A DNA stretch of 64,000 nucleotides from Pedobacter sp. (GCA_050253415.1 JBFWJC010000008.1:1-64000); one strand, 5' to 3'; counted from the first letter of the stretch, positions 19,033 to 32,261 are shown. The notes: generated by a model not told the origin, from the letters alone. Numbers and translations are program-made.

Positions 19033-20691
19033 CTAAGATTCTCTGCGTGGTGCGACACGTACCGTGCGATAGCTTTTGACCTGCACCAAACCCGGCAGCG
19101 CCCCTTTGGGTTTGTGAACAGCGCGACCTTCAGCAACCATAACTTCCGCAGACCGTTCTGATGCAGCGCGGGAATATCCCGCTGCCAAACTCGCGGCATA
19201 AAAAATATCTTCCTCGGGGATGCCAGAACCTTGCCGTGGATTCTTTAGGACCAGGTGACACCCCGGCTGCCCCAGGACATGAAACCATAGATCAAGCGCG
19301 CGGCAGACGTGTTTGACAAGATAATCATTGGCCCGATTATTGGTGCCCCATTGCATAATAAACCCGCCGGGGGAAACTCCTTCGCGCACCTTGGGGAGTC
19401 CCTTGCCGTTTCGCCGTCTAGGGCGTGGAGCGTTACGCGGCAACAGACCTAAGTCTCTCATTTCCTCTTCAACGGCTGCCAATTCTTCCCGTGTTGTCGC
19501 CTCACCAAGGCTCAGAAGCACCGCTTCCAACCACTCTTTTTCGTCTCGACTCTCCGAAAGTCTGCGTTCAACATGCTCATATCCGCGTCTAATTTTCTTA
19601 CATTTTGTGAACAGACGATCGACATTTTGAGAAGGCGGGATAGCCTCATCGAGGGGAATTGTCACCGTGGTGCCTTGCTCGTAAAAGTTTTCGACTTCTA
19701 TTTCATGCATCCCTTTTCGGATACGATGCAGATTGGCCAGCAACAACTGTCCGTGTTGTTGTAATTCCTCAACTTCACCCGTTCGAGATTTATCCTGGTG
19801 CAGGCGGTCAAGTCGTTTTTCAACGCGTGCCAAAGCGCGCCTGACTACCTTCAACAACCGACTCTTCTCTCCAGAACGCCCAGACGATGCAAAGTCGCTA
19901 AAAAAGATGTCAGCTGCCGCGGAAGCCGAACTGTATGTTTGCACCGAAGTCAGCCTGAGGCCAGTTGTCTGGAAGGCGAATAAACGAGGACTGTCATCCA
20001 GTTCTGCGATCTGAAATGTGTAATGGCGCTGCCGCCAATGCTGGGCAAAACCCAACAGAATTTTTGCGGGATCACCACCGCGGTCCAAAAGGCTGACAAG
20101 CTCCCGAGCCACCAGGGGGGTCATCGGACGTACATTGTGCTTTAACCACTCGACCGGCGAGACCCCTTTTACCTCGGTAGTCCAACACGCTGCTGCCTCT
20201 TCCAGAGAATATCCTTCACCTTTTTCCGGCTGAGACCAAATGGCCCCCTTCATATAAGTCTGTTGGTCATCTTCACCTTCCCTACGGTGCAAAACGTCAA
20301 CAATCCTTCCATTGTCATCGCATAGGATCATATTGGGACGACGTCCATAAAGCTCACAGACAAGGCGGTAAGTAGCAGCATCCTGGCCATCAAATGTCAG
20401 AAAAACAATGCGTTCGTGTGGTAACTGCTGAATCGAACGCAAAGTTCGTAAACGGGATCTGAGCAACTGGCAAAATCGCATGGGGGTCTCAGGATTGATC
20501 CATGGCCGCTCAGTAAAATATAATCCTGTAGCACCAACCGAAGCATTAATACGCAGACACAACTCCTGTCGTCCGTTCCAGAGACGAAAAATAATCGTGT
20601 CGACATCGGGTTGATGAACTTTTTTCACCGAAGAACCGGCAACCAAAGGATGCAGCTCAGCCACAATGGCTTCGAGATAAAATACGTCCAT
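19033..20691 (-). CDS. rqcH: RqcH/Rqc2 (NFACT, FbpA-like) ribosome quality-control protein
   Basis: NFACT-N (FCQLLRSRL, ERIV, EL.GR.PN..L.D), coiled coils, NFACT-R (ND.L, DLWFH...PG.H, KPKGA.PG.V). Confidence 0.87.
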   Translation of the reverse strand: MDVFYLEAIVAELHPLVAGSSVKKVHQPDVDTIIFRLWNGRQELCLRINASVGATGLYFTERPWINPETPMRFCQLLRSRLRTLRSIQQLPHERIVFLTFDGQDAATYRLVCELYGRRPNMILCDDNGRIVDVLHRREGEDDQQTYMKGAIWSQPEKGEGYSLEEAAACWTTEVKGVSPVEWLKHNVRPMTPLVARELVSLLDRGGDPAKILLGFAQHWRQRHYTFQIAELDDSPRLFAFQTTGLRLTSVQTYSSASAAADIFFSDFASSGRSGEKSRLLKVVRRALARVEKRLDRLHQDKSRTGEVEELQQHGQLLLANLHRIRKGMHEIEVENFYEQGTTVTIPLDEAIPPSQNVDRLFTKCKKIRRGYEHVERRLSESRDEKEWLEAVLLSLGEATTREELAAVEEEMRDLGLLPRNAPRPRRRNGKGLPKVREGVSPGGFIMQWGTNNRANDYLVKHVCRALDLWFHVLGQPGCHLVLKNPRQGSGIPEEDIFYAASLAAGYSRAASERSAEVMVAEGRAVHKPKGALPGLVQVKSYRTVRVAPRRES

Positions 20692-20756
20692 ACTTATTGA
20701 CCGATGCGACAATCCTGTACTTGCTGCCATCATACCTCTCTGTTATGCTGACGAGG

Positions 20757-22172
<1,416 letters not shown>

Positions 22173-22204
22173 GCCAACGATAACCAACAAATAACCAGGT
22201 ACAA

Positions 22205-22675
22205 ATGACAAACACTCCATTCCACATCGTCCTTATCGAGCCGGAAATTCCACCCAACACGGGCAATATAGCGCGTCTGTGCGGTGCCACCGGAACGGTC
22301 CTGCATCTGGTCGGAAAACTTGGTTTTTCCCTGGATGACAGATATCTCAAGCGCGCCGGCCTCGACTACTGGGAGGTGATCGATGTGCGACGCTGGGAAA
22401 CTCTGGAAGACCTGGAAAAGGCCTTTCCGGATAGCCGCTGGTGGTACACATCAAAAAAGGCCCAACGGTCCCATGTCGAAGCGGATTTCCATCCGGGAGA
22501 TATGATTGTATTTGGCAAGGAGACGGCCGGTCTCCCCAAAGAATTATTGGACAAAAATCCGGAACATTGTATCCGCATTCCTATCTTCTCTGAAAAGGTA
22601 CGCAGTCTCAATCTGTCGACTGCCGCCGGTATCGTACTCTATGAAGCGCTGCGTCAGACAGGACGGCTTGAGTAA
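22205..22675 (+). CDS. trmL: tRNA (cytidine/uridine(34)-2'-O)-methyltransferase
   Basis: PEIPPNTGNIAR, RAGLDYW, FGKETAGLP, RSLNLS. Confidence 0.95.
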   Translation: MTNTPFHIVLIEPEIPPNTGNIARLCGATGTVLHLVGKLGFSLDDRYLKRAGLDYWEVIDVRRWETLEDLEKAFPDSRWWYTSKKAQRSHVEADFHPGDMIVFGKETAGLPKELLDKNPEHCIRIPIFSEKVRSLNLSTAAGIVLYEALRQTGRLE

Positions 22676-22693
22676 AAAAGTGCATAGGATCTT

Positions 22694-22758
22694 CTCAGCG
22701 TTCTCTGGGCTCTCAGCGGTTCAACAAAGGATTTGCCCAATACGCAGAGCTCGCTGAG
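22694..22758. repeat. Degenerate 9-bp-period palindromic module
   Basis: ctcagcgtt ctctgggct ctcagcggt faces cgcagag ct cgctgag. Confidence 0.55.
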
Positions 22759-22800
22759 TATATTGAAGTACCAGATTTACCTGTCTTGCATCATTTCAAA

Positions 22801-22833
22801 CAAAAAAAGCGTCCTTAGAGGACGCTTTTTTTG
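22801..22833. terminator. Bidirectional intrinsic terminator between convergent trmL and hom
   Basis: caaaaaaagcgtcct-tag-aggacgcttttttg perfect stem with A/T tails. Confidence 0.9.
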
Positions 22834-22868
22834 TTATACGAAGTAAGAACCGTTCAGAGTAACCCTGG

Positions 22869-24179
22869 TTACTCCATATCGTTTTCGATACGAATGAAAT
22901 GACTCGGTTCGCGGACGATATCGAGCTGATCGATTTCGGCCAGAGCATCATTGATAACCGCTTCAGTAGCTTCATGGGTCATGATGACAATAGGAACCGC
23001 AGCGCTTTTTTTACGATCAGGTTGAATCATGGAGGCAATGCCGATTCCATAGCGACCGAGCACCCCGGAAATCTTGGCCACCACGCCGGGCTTATCCAGA
23101 GCCGTAAAGCGCAGATAGTACTGACTGACAATATCGCGCATCGGCTTGATCGGCAATTGCGCAATAGAATCTGGCAAGTACGCCATGGCAGGTGTGCGGG
23201 GATGACCACCGACCATTGCGTTGCGCGCTATGGCCATAACATCGCCCATGACCGCACTGGCGGTTGCATCCATACCAGCGCCCTGACCATACAGCATGAC
23301 AGGCCCGACGAAGTCACCAACCAGACGCACAGCATTAAATACCCCTTCAACATCCGCCAGCGGATAATTGACCGGGATCATGGTTGGATGAACACGTGCT
23401 TCAACCACACCGTTTTCAAGTTTGCCGATGGCCAGCAGCTTGATCTTATAACCGAATTCCTTGGCGAACTGAATATCAAGCGGTGTAATTTTGCTGATAC
23501 CTTCGATGGAGATATCGTTTAAATCAACGCGTGTACCGAAACACAAAGACACCAGAATGGCCAGTTTATGGGCAGTATCGACGCCTTCCACATCAAACGT
23601 CGGATCGGCTTCAGCATAGCCCTTGGCCTGAGCATCCTTAAGAACGCTGGCGAAATCAGCACCTTCGTTAGTCATGCGGGTAAGAATATAATTGCATGTA
23701 CCATTAAGGATGCCTAAAACACAGCGGAAGTTGTTAGCGCAAAGGTTTTCCTTGATCGCCGACAGAACCGGGATGCCCCCACCTACCGAGGCCTCGAACA
23801 TAACATCGACCCCTTTTGCGGCAGCAGCCGAAAAAATCTCTTCGCCGTGTTTTGCAAGCAGTGCTTTGTTGGCGGTCACAACATGCTTACCCTGTTCAAT
23901 GGCTTTAAGCACAAAAGTCCGCGCAGGCTCATACCCGCCAATCAGCTCGATGATAACGTCGATTTCGGGATCAGTCAGAACCTGCATGGCGTCGGTAGTC
24001 AAAATGCCAGCATCAACTTTGACACCACGATCGGTGGTGATGTCGAGATCCGCCACACGCTTAAGGTTCAGACGAGCGCCAAGCCTCTGCTCCATCACCT
24101 TGGCATTGTTCTGAAAGACCCTGATTATCCCGGCCCCGATGGTGCCGAATCCCAGAAGACCAACGTTCATTTCTTTCAT
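22869..24179 (-). CDS. hom: Homoserine dehydrogenase with ACT domain
   Basis: GFGTIG, VVTANK, EASVGGGIP, GYAEADP.FD, C-terminal ACT. Confidence 0.96.
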   Translation of the reverse strand: MKEMNVGLLGFGTIGAGIIRVFQNNAKVMEQRLGARLNLKRVADLDITTDRGVKVDAGILTTDAMQVLTDPEIDVIIELIGGYEPARTFVLKAIEQGKHVVTANKALLAKHGEEIFSAAAAKGVDVMFEASVGGGIPVLSAIKENLCANNFRCVLGILNGTCNYILTRMTNEGADFASVLKDAQAKGYAEADPTFDVEGVDTAHKLAILVSLCFGTRVDLNDISIEGISKITPLDIQFAKEFGYKIKLLAIGKLENGVVEARVHPTMIPVNYPLADVEGVFNAVRLVGDFVGPVMLYGQGAGMDATASAVMGDVMAIARNAMVGGHPRTPAMAYLPDSIAQLPIKPMRDIVSQYYLRFTALDKPGVVAKISGVLGRYGIGIASMIQPDRKKSAAVPIVIMTHEATEAVINDALAEIDQLDIVREPSHFIRIENDME

Positions 24180-24253
24180 AGCTACTCCAAGTGAAATCTT
24201 CTACAACATGAGATATTGCCCATTCGGATCAATACCCTCTCAGCAAATGCTGA

Positions 24254-24712
24254 CTATCCACGCGGACCACGACAGGCAAGTGTAACCTGCATGTCGTGAA
24301 ACCGATCTTTATCAAGAAAATCCCACACGGCATGTTCAGCATCCTGAATTTCCATGCCATCAAAACAATCAAGAGCAATAGCCAGCCTGTGAAAACCGGC
24401 TCGATGCACAACCTCGAGCACAGAACCGATCAGGCCGGACAAGGTAAGGGGGGTCAATCTGGCCCACGGCCCACCGCCACAAAAAAGAACCCAAGTGGCG
24501 GCCAGTTTCCGGTTACCTGTAAAAAGTAACTGTTCACCGGGTACCCCGCGCGCCTTTCCATCACGTATCCGCCCCGTCAGGACACCATCAAGACGCCAGT
24601 CAAGCAGTGCGGAAGGTCCCGAGAGTGGGCGGACATCAGAATAGAAAAAGGTCGCAATCACCTCTCCCGGTAGCATATCGGCAGGGCTGTCGAGCACCTG
24701 CAGTCGTGTCAT
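24254..24712 (-). CDS. Stand-alone protein resembling the N-terminal domain of M17 leucyl aminopeptidase
   Basis: D.RPL.G...LLDWRL.G motif; ATGA-coupled to nusB. Confidence 0.6.
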   Translation of the reverse strand: MTRLQVLDSPADMLPGEVIATFFYSDVRPLSGPSALLDWRLDGVLTGRIRDGKARGVPGEQLLFTGNRKLAATWVLFCGGGPWARLTPLTLSGLIGSVLEVVHRAGFHRLAIALDCFDGMEIQDAEHAVWDFLDKDRFHDMQVTLACRGPRG

Positions 24713-25179
24713 GGGGTAACGACAGGACGGCAGCTTCTGGATATTCTATCAAGGATGCCATTGACAAAGGCCGGCGTATCTTTGGTACCGTAACGTTTGC
24801 CAATCTCAACCGCCTCATTTATAACAACGCTGACTGGCACATCCAATTGACTCAGAAGTTCATAAGTCGACATACGCAAAATCGCCAGATCGACTCTTGC
24901 CATACGATCCAGTGACCAGTTGGTGGAAAATTCACCGATCAAACCATCAATCTTCTCAAGGTTTAGAGCTACCCCTCGAACGAGGTTTTCAGCGAAATCC
25001 TTTATGGCCGTTGGAACAACAGGACTAGTGTCCTCTAAAGGGTCACCCAGGACATCGTCGCGAAACCTGAAGTTGCTCCAAAAAGATGCCAGAAGCGCAT
25101 CAACATTGGAAGCACCGTCAAAGCTATAAATAATTTTTATTGCCAGTTCGCGTCCTGAACGACGCATGCCGCTTGCCAT
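24709..25179 (-). CDS. nusB: Transcription antitermination factor NusB
   Basis: RRSGRE ARM motif, W..DRM..VD..ILR, INEAVE..K.YG, FVNGILD. Confidence 0.95.
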   Translation of the reverse strand: MASGMRRSGRELAIKIIYSFDGASNVDALLASFWSNFRFRDDVLGDPLEDTSPVVPTAIKDFAENLVRGVALNLEKIDGLIGEFSTNWSLDRMARVDLAILRMSTYELLSQLDVPVSVVINEAVEIGKRYGTKDTPAFVNGILDRISRSCRPVVTP

Positions 25180-25185
25180 AATGCC

Positions 25186-25650
25186 TCAGATCGTTTTAAA
25201 CAGATTGACCATTTCGATAGCCGTCATGGCGGCATCGACACCTTTATTACCGGCCTTGGTACCAGCCCGCTCGATAGCTTGCTCGATACTATCGGTGGTA
25301 ATAACCCCAAAGGCAACCGGCAATCCCGAATCAAGCGAAACGGAAGCCACACCTTTGGACACCTCGGCACACACATAATCAAAATGCGGCGTCGAGCCAC
25401 GGATGACAGCGCCAAGGCAGATCAGAGCATCATATCGGCCCGTAGCCACCGCTCTCTTGGCTGCCATAGGAATTTCAAAGGCACCGGGAACGCGCACGAT
25501 ATCAATATTGTCATCGCTAGCGCCGTGACGAATCAGGGTGTCCAAAGCGCCTTCAACCAGGCGGTCGCAGATGAAGCTGTTGAAACGGCTGACGATAACA
25601 CCGAATTTGAATCCCTCGGCATTGAGTTTTCCCTCAATAATATTAGCCAT
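25186..25650 (-). CDS. ribH: 6,7-dimethyl-8-ribityllumazine synthase
   Basis: [34 protein letters not shown]. Confidence 0.97.
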   Translation of the reverse strand: MANIIEGKLNAEGFKFGVIVSRFNSFICDRLVEGALDTLIRHGASDDNIDIVRVPGAFEIPMAAKRAVATGRYDALICLGAVIRGSTPHFDYVCAEVSKGVASVSLDSGLPVAFGVITTDSIEQAIERAGTKAGNKGVDAAMTAIEMVNLFKTI

Positions 25651-25763
25651 ATAAACCTCCCGATACGATAGTCTCAGATTTGCTATTCATCAAAACCATC
25701 GTGTACAGTAAAGCTGATTTTCATCCAAAAAAAAACTGTCAGATTCCATCGGATGGTAACGAA

Positions 25764-26969
25764 CTAGAGATTTTCCAGAAGGTGCCCCATCTTTTCCCGT
25801 TTGGTCGTGAGATAGCGCAAATTGTCGCATGTTGCAGGCATCTCGATGGCGACACGCTCGACCACTTCAAGACCGTAACCTTCCAGACCGACAATTTTTT
25901 TGGGATTATTGGTCATCAAGCGGATTTTGCGCACACCCAGATCAAGCAGAATCTGCGCACCAATACCGTAATCGCGCAGATCATCCTTAAATCCGAGAGC
26001 CTCATTGGCCTCAACGGTATCACAGCCTTGATCCTGCAGTGCATAGGCTTTCAATTTATTGTTCAGACCAATGCCACGGCCTTCCTGGCGCATGTAAACG
26101 ATGACGCCGACCCCTTCCTTGGCAATCTGGCACATGGCAGCATGCAACTGATCGCCACAGTCACAACGCAGAGAACCGAACACATCACCGGTAAGACACT
26201 CGGAATGGACCCTTACCAAAACCGGTTGGTCGGGATCGATAGTACCTTTGACCAAGGCCAGATGTTGTGCCTTATCGACATCATTTTCATAACCGATAGC
26301 GGTAAAATCGCCACCATAAGGAGTCGGTAGCGCCGTTTCCGCTTCGCGACGGACCAGGGTCTCCTTGTTCATGCGATACCGCACCAGGTCGGCTACGGTA
26401 ATGATACGCAAGCCATGCTGCTCGGCAAATTTTTCGAGCTCGGGCATGCGGGCCATGGTTCCATCGTCGTTCATGATCTCGCATATAACGCCGGCAGGTT
26501 TAAGACCGGCCAATCGGGCGAGATCGACGGACCCTTCGGTTTGGCCGGCACGTACCAGTACCCCGCCTTTTTTGGCACGCAAGGGGAATACATGCCCGGG
26601 GCGGGCCAGATCGTGTGCCTTGGTTTCGTCAGCGATAGCAACCTGAATGGTGGTCGACCGATCCGCCGCGGAAATACCGGTAGTCACACCTCTGCGAGCC
26701 TCGATGGAGACCGTAAAAGCTGTTCCGAACCCGGATGAATTTTCGCTGACCATTAGGGGAAGCTGCAGATGGTCAGCCCGCTCTTCGGTCAGAGACAGGC
26801 ATATCAAACCACGCCCTTCCTTGGCCATGAAGTTGATCGCTTCAGGGGTGACCATTTCAGCAGCCATGGTCAAATCCCCTTCATTTTCACGGTCCTCATC
26901 ATCGACGAGGATCACCATGCGCCCTTGACGAATATCTTCCAACGCGGCGTCAATATTAGCCATGCTCAT
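25764..26969 (-). CDS. ribBA: Bifunctional DHBP synthase / GTP cyclohydrolase II
   Basis: [38 protein letters not shown]; start at 26969 after AAGGAG. Confidence 0.96.
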   Translation of the reverse strand: MSMANIDAALEDIRQGRMVILVDDEDRENEGDLTMAAEMVTPEAINFMAKEGRGLICLSLTEERADHLQLPLMVSENSSGFGTAFTVSIEARRGVTTGISAADRSTTIQVAIADETKAHDLARPGHVFPLRAKKGGVLVRAGQTEGSVDLARLAGLKPAGVICEIMNDDGTMARMPELEKFAEQHGLRIITVADLVRYRMNKETLVRREAETALPTPYGGDFTAIGYENDVDKAQHLALVKGTIDPDQPVLVRVHSECLTGDVFGSLRCDCGDQLHAAMCQIAKEGVGVIVYMRQEGRGIGLNNKLKAYALQDQGCDTVEANEALGFKDDLRDYGIGAQILLDLGVRKIRLMTNNPKKIVGLEGYGLEVVERVAIEMPATCDNLRYLTTKREKMGHLLENL

Positions 26970-27292
26970 ATTAAATTCTCCTTGTAGGCTCGGCGTCTTT
27001 TTATACAACACAAAGCAAACCACCTTTGTGTTATGAGATTTCCGATCGAAACCATGACGCAACTCACGATTAATCGATACATTCTCCGCCAAGCCGTTTA
27101 CATCTGATAAACGCCGAGGATAGCACCAAAGTTCAGCTTTCTGCAAGAAAAGAAAGGCTGGTTATTGGTTAGTGATCATTTGTTCAAGATCGAAAATGGA
27201 ACCTTTCCGGTCAACAAGCAAGGCTGCTTTTTTATAAAACAGTTTCAACATCAAGAGTTTTATCGAGGGCATAAATCAAGTGAAAACGCTGC

Positions 27293-27943
27293 TTACATGA
27301 ATCCGTTTTTGGCCAAGAAGTCAAGACTGATGGCCCCTTCTTTCGATCCAGATTGAACGGGGCGCAGCAGACGTTCGACATATTTCCCGAGAATATCGGT
27401 TTCAATGTTCACTTTTGCTCCAGGCTCGCACCATTGAAGAGTCGTTTTTGCTAGAGAGTGGGGAATGATCGCCACACTAAAGCTTCTCTCGGACACCGAG
27501 TTAACCGTCAAGCTTATCCCATCGATGGCCACGGAACCTTTTTCCACGAGATACCGTATTTGAGATTCCGGAACTTCGATAGTGAATCGTACGGCATTCT
27601 GATCCAGACGTCGGTCGACAACAACCCCTTGAGCATCAACATGCCCACTGACGATATGACCTCCCAGCCTGTCTGAGAGTTTCAGAGCCCTTTCCAGGTT
27701 GACTCGGCTGCCTGTATTGAGTTGGCCCAGATTCGTTCGAGAAAGACTTTCCGGGGATACATCGGCCGTAAAGGTGCCCCCACCAAAATCCACGACGGTC
27801 AAACATACGCCATTAACTGCGATGCTCTCACCCATAACGATTTCCTGCATGGGAAAAGCGGTTGCAATCGTGATTCGCCCACTGTCTCCGTGTTGCTGGA
27901 AACGACGCAGGGTACCAAGATCTTCTATCAGACCGGTGAACAC
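27293..27943 (-). CDS. ribE: Riboflavin synthase
   Basis: MFTGLIE, SIAVNGVCLTV, GGHIVSGHVD. Confidence 0.96.
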   Translation of the reverse strand: MFTGLIEDLGTLRRFQQHGDSGRITIATAFPMQEIVMGESIAVNGVCLTVVDFGGGTFTADVSPESLSRTNLGQLNTGSRVNLERALKLSDRLGGHIVSGHVDAQGVVVDRRLDQNAVRFTIEVPESQIRYLVEKGSVAIDGISLTVNSVSERSFSVAIIPHSLAKTTLQWCEPGAKVNIETDILGKYVERLLRPVQSGSKEGAISLDFLAKNGFM

Positions 27944-29037
27944 GTTTTCACCTCTCCTTCAATCAGGGTATCTTCTCCAAATTGCCGAACTCGGACATCC
28001 TGTAAAACTGTAGCCTCGGTCATAGAATTAACACCGGGACCAGCAAACACGCCCTTTCCTTCCCCACCTACGACTTTGGGTGCAACGAACATCATAAGGC
28101 GGTCCACCAGTCCGGCACGCCAGAAAGCACCGTTTAGCTCAGCGCCTCCTTCTAAAAGGATGTTTTGCAGTCCACGCTTACCAAGCGCAGCGAGCAATGC
28201 ATGCAGCTCAACACGTCCTGAAATAGCTGGCAAAACAAGCACTTCAGCCCCCATGGCGCGAAGACGTTCGATCTTATCCAAGGGAGCCTGACCGGTTGTA
28301 GCAATAATCGTCGCAGCAGAGGAGTTAAGCTGCAAGATGGCGGATTCTTCAGGTATGCGTAAATTTGAATCCACGACAATGCGCTCGGGATCCCGTCCAC
28401 CCTCAGGAAGGCGGGTGGTAAGTTGCGGATTATCGCGCAATACGGTGCCAATGCCAACCATGATACCATCAACACGATTCCGTAGACGATGCACTTCCAG
28501 GCGGCTGGAAGAGTTACTGACCCACTGGGAGTGACCACAAGCTGTAGCGGTTTTGCCATCTAAAGTCATGGCGCTTTTAAGCACTACATAAGGAAGACCG
28601 GTACGAATATGTTTGGCAAAGGGAGCAATAATTCTCAGACATAGATTTTCAAGGATGCCGCAAAAAACCTGAATGCCTGCTTCGCGGAGACGACGAATGC
28701 CGTTACCTGCCACCTGAGGATTGGGATCGGTAGTACCGACATAGACGCGAGCTATACCTGCATCTATGATGGCATCGGCGCAGGGACCGGTGCGCCCATA
28801 ATGACTGCAAGGCTCAAGGGTGACGTACATGTCGGCCTGCCGAGCAAGATTTCCGGCTTCGCGTAAGGCAAAGATTTCAGCATGAGGCTGCCCCGCTTTG
28901 GGATGGAACCCACGCCCAATCACGACGCCGTCCTTAACGATCACAGCACCCACTGCAGGGTTGGGTCGCGTGCGCCCTTCCCCCTGTCGTGCCAACTCAA
29001 GAGCCTGGTTCATGAAATGTTCGATAGTATCTTGCAC
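27928..29037 (-). CDS. ribD: Riboflavin deaminase/reductase
   Basis: PNPAVG, HAE, TLEPCSHYGRTGPC, EGG; start approximate. Confidence 0.95.
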   Translation of the reverse strand: MQDTIEHFMNQALELARQGEGRTRPNPAVGAVIVKDGVVIGRGFHPKAGQPHAEIFALREAGNLARQADMYVTLEPCSHYGRTGPCADAIIDAGIARVYVGTTDPNPQVAGNGIRRLREAGIQVFCGILENLCLRIIAPFAKHIRTGLPYVVLKSAMTLDGKTATACGHSQWVSNSSSRLEVHRLRNRVDGIMVGIGTVLRDNPQLTTRLPEGGRDPERIVVDSNLRIPEESAILQLNSSAATIIATTGQAPLDKIERLRAMGAEVLVLPAISGRVELHALLAALGKRGLQNILLEGGAELNGAFWRAGLVDRLMMFVAPKVVGGEGKGVFAGPGVNSMTEATVLQDVRVRQFGEDTLIEGEVKTCSPV

Positions 29038-29245
29038 GAAATAATACCGTTTCCCAGACAGTGCCCTGCATAATTTGTTGACTATGAAGGAAACGAAGCA
29101 CACGGAGTAAAGACTGAAAACGCCAGTCTTTTATAAAATCCACAAGCAAGGACGGTATTGTCTCAACGTGAACTTCATGCTCATCATAGTGTAGTGATGG
29201 CCATCAGGAAAAATGCCATTTCAAGCTAAAGACGATGCTGCTGAC

Positions 29246-29719
29246 TCAGTTGTCCCGGGTATTCCCGCCTTCAGCCAGAATATCCTTCAACTCAGACATA
29301 AATTCGTTAATATCCTTAAACTGTCGGTACACGGATGCAAAACGCACATAGGCCACTTGATCAAGATCATGCAGGGCTTCCATAACAGCCTGTCCAATAA
29401 TATTTGATTCGATTTCCCGTTCGCCAGACTCCTGCAGTTGCCGCTCGAGCGAATCGACGATTTTTTCAATGGTAGCGATGGAAACAGGACGTTTTTCACA
29501 GGCACGTTGAATGCCGGCAATAATCTTTTTACGATCAAACGGTTGGCGACGGCCATCTTTTTTAACGATCAGCGGCAACATCTCCTCAACGCGCTCAAAG
29601 GTCGTAAATCGCCTTTCACATTGAGAACATTCGCGACGACGCCGGATATTATTGCCCTCCTTGCCTAGACGCGAATCAATGACGCGCGTATCCGCAAACC
29701 CGCAAAACGGACATTTCAT
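29246..29719 (-). CDS. nrdR: Transcriptional repressor NrdR
   Basis: MKCPFC zinc ribbon, IRRRREC, ATP cone, AYVRFASVY. Confidence 0.97.
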   Translation of the reverse strand: MKCPFCGFADTRVIDSRLGKEGNNIRRRRECSQCERRFTTFERVEEMLPLIVKKDGRRQPFDRKKIIAGIQRACEKRPVSIATIEKIVDSLERQLQESGEREIESNIIGQAVMEALHDLDQVAYVRFASVYRQFKDINEFMSELKDILAEGGNTRDN

Positions 29720-30192
29720 AACGAGGACAACTCCTTCCCGGCCAGCAAATCCGCCAGATTCGTGACTGCGACACCGGATTCGGCAAGCATCTCAAGGGAC
29801 AATTGATCCGGGTAACCATCAAGATAGACTACTTGGCGAATGCCGGCATTGATGATCATTTTGGAGCAGATAACGCAGGGAGTATTGGTACAAAAAAGCA
29901 TGGCACCGCTGATATTCGTGCCATGTTTGGCGGCCTGAATGATAGCGTTCTGTTCGGCGTGCAAGCCGCGGCAGAGTTCATGTCTCTCCCCTGAGGGGAC
30001 ATTCTGCAACTGCCGAAGACAGCCCACCTCGCTACAATGGCGCAGACCAGAGGGGGTGCCGTTGTACCCTGTGGCAAGGATGTTCTTATCCTTGACAAGT
30101 ACCGCCCCGACCTGGCGGCGCAGACACGTTGAGCGTCGCGCCACCAGGCGGGCGATTTCCATAAAATATTCTTCCCAGGAAGGGCGGTCCAT
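29716..30192 (-). CDS. dCMP deaminase family protein (ComEB-like)
   Basis: [26 protein letters not shown]; start overlaps glyA stop (TAATG). Confidence 0.92.
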   Translation of the reverse strand: MDRPSWEEYFMEIARLVARRSTCLRRQVGAVLVKDKNILATGYNGTPSGLRHCSEVGCLRQLQNVPSGERHELCRGLHAEQNAIIQAAKHGTNISGAMLFCTNTPCVICSKMIINAGIRQVVYLDGYPDQLSLEMLAESGVAVTNLADLLAGKELSSL

Positions 30193-31442
30193 TACTTCAG
30201 ACGATGTGCGTACAGCGGAAACTGTTTGCACATTTCGCAGACTTCCGCCTTGATGGCAGCAAGTTCCACATCATTTTCCATATTATCAAGAGCACGCACC
30301 ACCCATTCGGCTACACGTTCCATCTGAGCTTCTTTAAGCCCCCTGGTGGTCGTTGCAGGAGTACCAAGCCGGATACCGCTGGTAACGAACGGCGAGCGGG
30401 TTTCAAACGGGACGGAGTTCTTATTGACAGTGATACCCGCTTTTTCCAGCGCCTTTTCCGCCATCTTTCCGGTGATTTCGGTACCGCTGAAATCAACAAG
30501 GATAAGATGATTATCGGTACCGCCAGATACCAGATTCAATCCACGCTTTACAAGAGCCTCGGACAGCGCCTTGGCATTGCTCACCACCTGTTTGGAATAT
30601 TCTGTAAATTCAGGTGCTAAAGCCTCTTTGAAAGCTACAGCCTTGGCGGCAATCACGTGCATCAAGGGACCGCCTTGAATGCCGGGGAAAATGTTGCTGT
30701 CAATAACTTTGGCGTATTCCTCACGACAAAGGATCATCCCCCCACGCGGACCACGCAGCGTCTTGTGGGTAGTGGTCGTCACGAATTCGGCATAAGGTAC
30801 TGGGCTGGGGTGAACGCCGGCAGCAACCAATCCTGCAATGTGCGCCATATCAACCATGATCTTGGCGCCCACTTTATCTGCTATTCTGCGGAATGCCGGG
30901 AAGTCGATGGTTCTGGAATAAGCACTTGCACCGACAACCAGCAGGGTCGGTTTGTGCTCAAGAGCCAATCTCTCAACTTCTTCATAATCGATAAGACCGG
31001 TCTCCCTGTCGACGCCATAAGAAACGATATTGAAAAGTTTACCGGAAAAGTTAACCGGCGATCCGTGGGTCAGGTGGCCCCCATGGGCGAGGTTCATCCC
31101 TAAAACCGTATCTCCAGGCTTACAAACTGCAAAGTATACCGCCATATTGGCTTGAGAACCGCTATGGGGCTGCACGTTGGCATGCTCGGCACCAAACAGT
31201 TCCTTGGCACGGTCAATGGCAAGGCGCTCGGCGATATCCACCATCTCACAGCCGCCATAATAGCGCTTGGCCGGGTAACCTTCGGCATATTTATTGGTCA
31301 TTACCGAGCCCTGGGCTTCCATGACCGATTCGGAAACGAAGTTTTCCGATGCAATGAATTCGAGATTATATTCCTGACGCTCGGTTTCGAGACGAATAGC
31401 TTCGGCAATTTCGGGATCGTGTTGTGCGAGGGACTGAGACAT
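30192..31442 (-). CDS. glyA: Serine hydroxymethyltransferase
   Basis: [28 protein letters not shown]. Confidence 0.97.
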   Translation of the reverse strand: MSQSLAQHDPEIAEAIRLETERQEYNLEFIASENFVSESVMEAQGSVMTNKYAEGYPAKRYYGGCEMVDIAERLAIDRAKELFGAEHANVQPHSGSQANMAVYFAVCKPGDTVLGMNLAHGGHLTHGSPVNFSGKLFNIVSYGVDRETGLIDYEEVERLALEHKPTLLVVGASAYSRTIDFPAFRRIADKVGAKIMVDMAHIAGLVAAGVHPSPVPYAEFVTTTTHKTLRGPRGGMILCREEYAKVIDSNIFPGIQGGPLMHVIAAKAVAFKEALAPEFTEYSKQVVSNAKALSEALVKRGLNLVSGGTDNHLILVDFSGTEITGKMAEKALEKAGITVNKNSVPFETRSPFVTSGIRLGTPATTTRGLKEAQMERVAEWVVRALDNMENDVELAAIKAEVCEMCKQFPLYAHRLK

Positions 31443-31795
31443 GTTAATGGCCTCCTGCAATGAATTTATGTCTTTAAAATTTTGGGTAGTTGGTGGAACA
31501 GAGAATCCAATATTTTCATATCTGCTTATCAGCGATGCCGGTCAAACCATTCTTGAGTATTGCATGAATCGCATGAATATTGAGCTCAATGGGCAGGCAG
31601 AACGTTAAGCAGAAACTCAATACATAGTTTCAGAAATCAACAAAAACAAAGAGCCTAGATTTCATGGTTTACCTTCGTTAACTTCATGACCATCGCTGTG
31701 CTACTCCGATTTTGCCTCCGGCGCAATTCAGTACTAAAATGGCCAAGAAAAGGCAATGGGCAAGCCGCCGGCTTGCCCATCTGAATCGGAACCGC

Positions 31796-32251
31796 TCAAA
31801 GCCGGCCGGCCCTGATATCATCTTCTATTTGTGCTATCTTGTCGAGCCGTTTCTGGTGGCGACCACCTTCGAATTCGGCATCCAGCCACACCCCGACCAT
31901 CTCTTTGGCGTTCTCAGCGGTAAGCATGCGGCCACCCATAACAATGATATTGGCATTGTTATGTTCCTTGGACATTCGGGCAGTGAAACCATCCCAAATA
32001 AGTGCCGCCCTGACGCCGGGAAACTTGTTAGCTACAATCGACATGCCAATCCCGGTACCACAAATGAGGATACCTTTGTCGGCCTCACCGGTTGAAATAG
32101 CCTTGCCTACTCGCTCACCAAAATCAGGGTAATCAACGGAATCTCCGTTATTGGTACCAAGATCGCGCACCTCGATACCCCGATTTTCCAAATAGGCCTT
32201 AATACTTTCTTTCAACTCGAGGCCACCATGGTCACTGGCGATAATAAACAT
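31796..32251 (-). CDS. rpiB: Ribose-5-phosphate isomerase B
   Basis: SDHGG, CGTGIG, HNNAN, FEGGRH. Confidence 0.95.
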   Translation of the reverse strand: MFIIASDHGGLELKESIKAYLENRGIEVRDLGTNNGDSVDYPDFGERVGKAISTGEADKGILICGTGIGMSIVANKFPGVRAALIWDGFTARMSKEHNNANIIVMGGRMLTAENAKEMVGVWLDAEFEGGRHQKRLDKIAQIEDDIRAGRL

Positions 32252-32261
32252 CCCGACTACC

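Noticed and set aside
26970..27292. FMN riboswitch in the rib cluster
   Set aside because: Conserved RFN motifs were not seen here or upstream of ribD.
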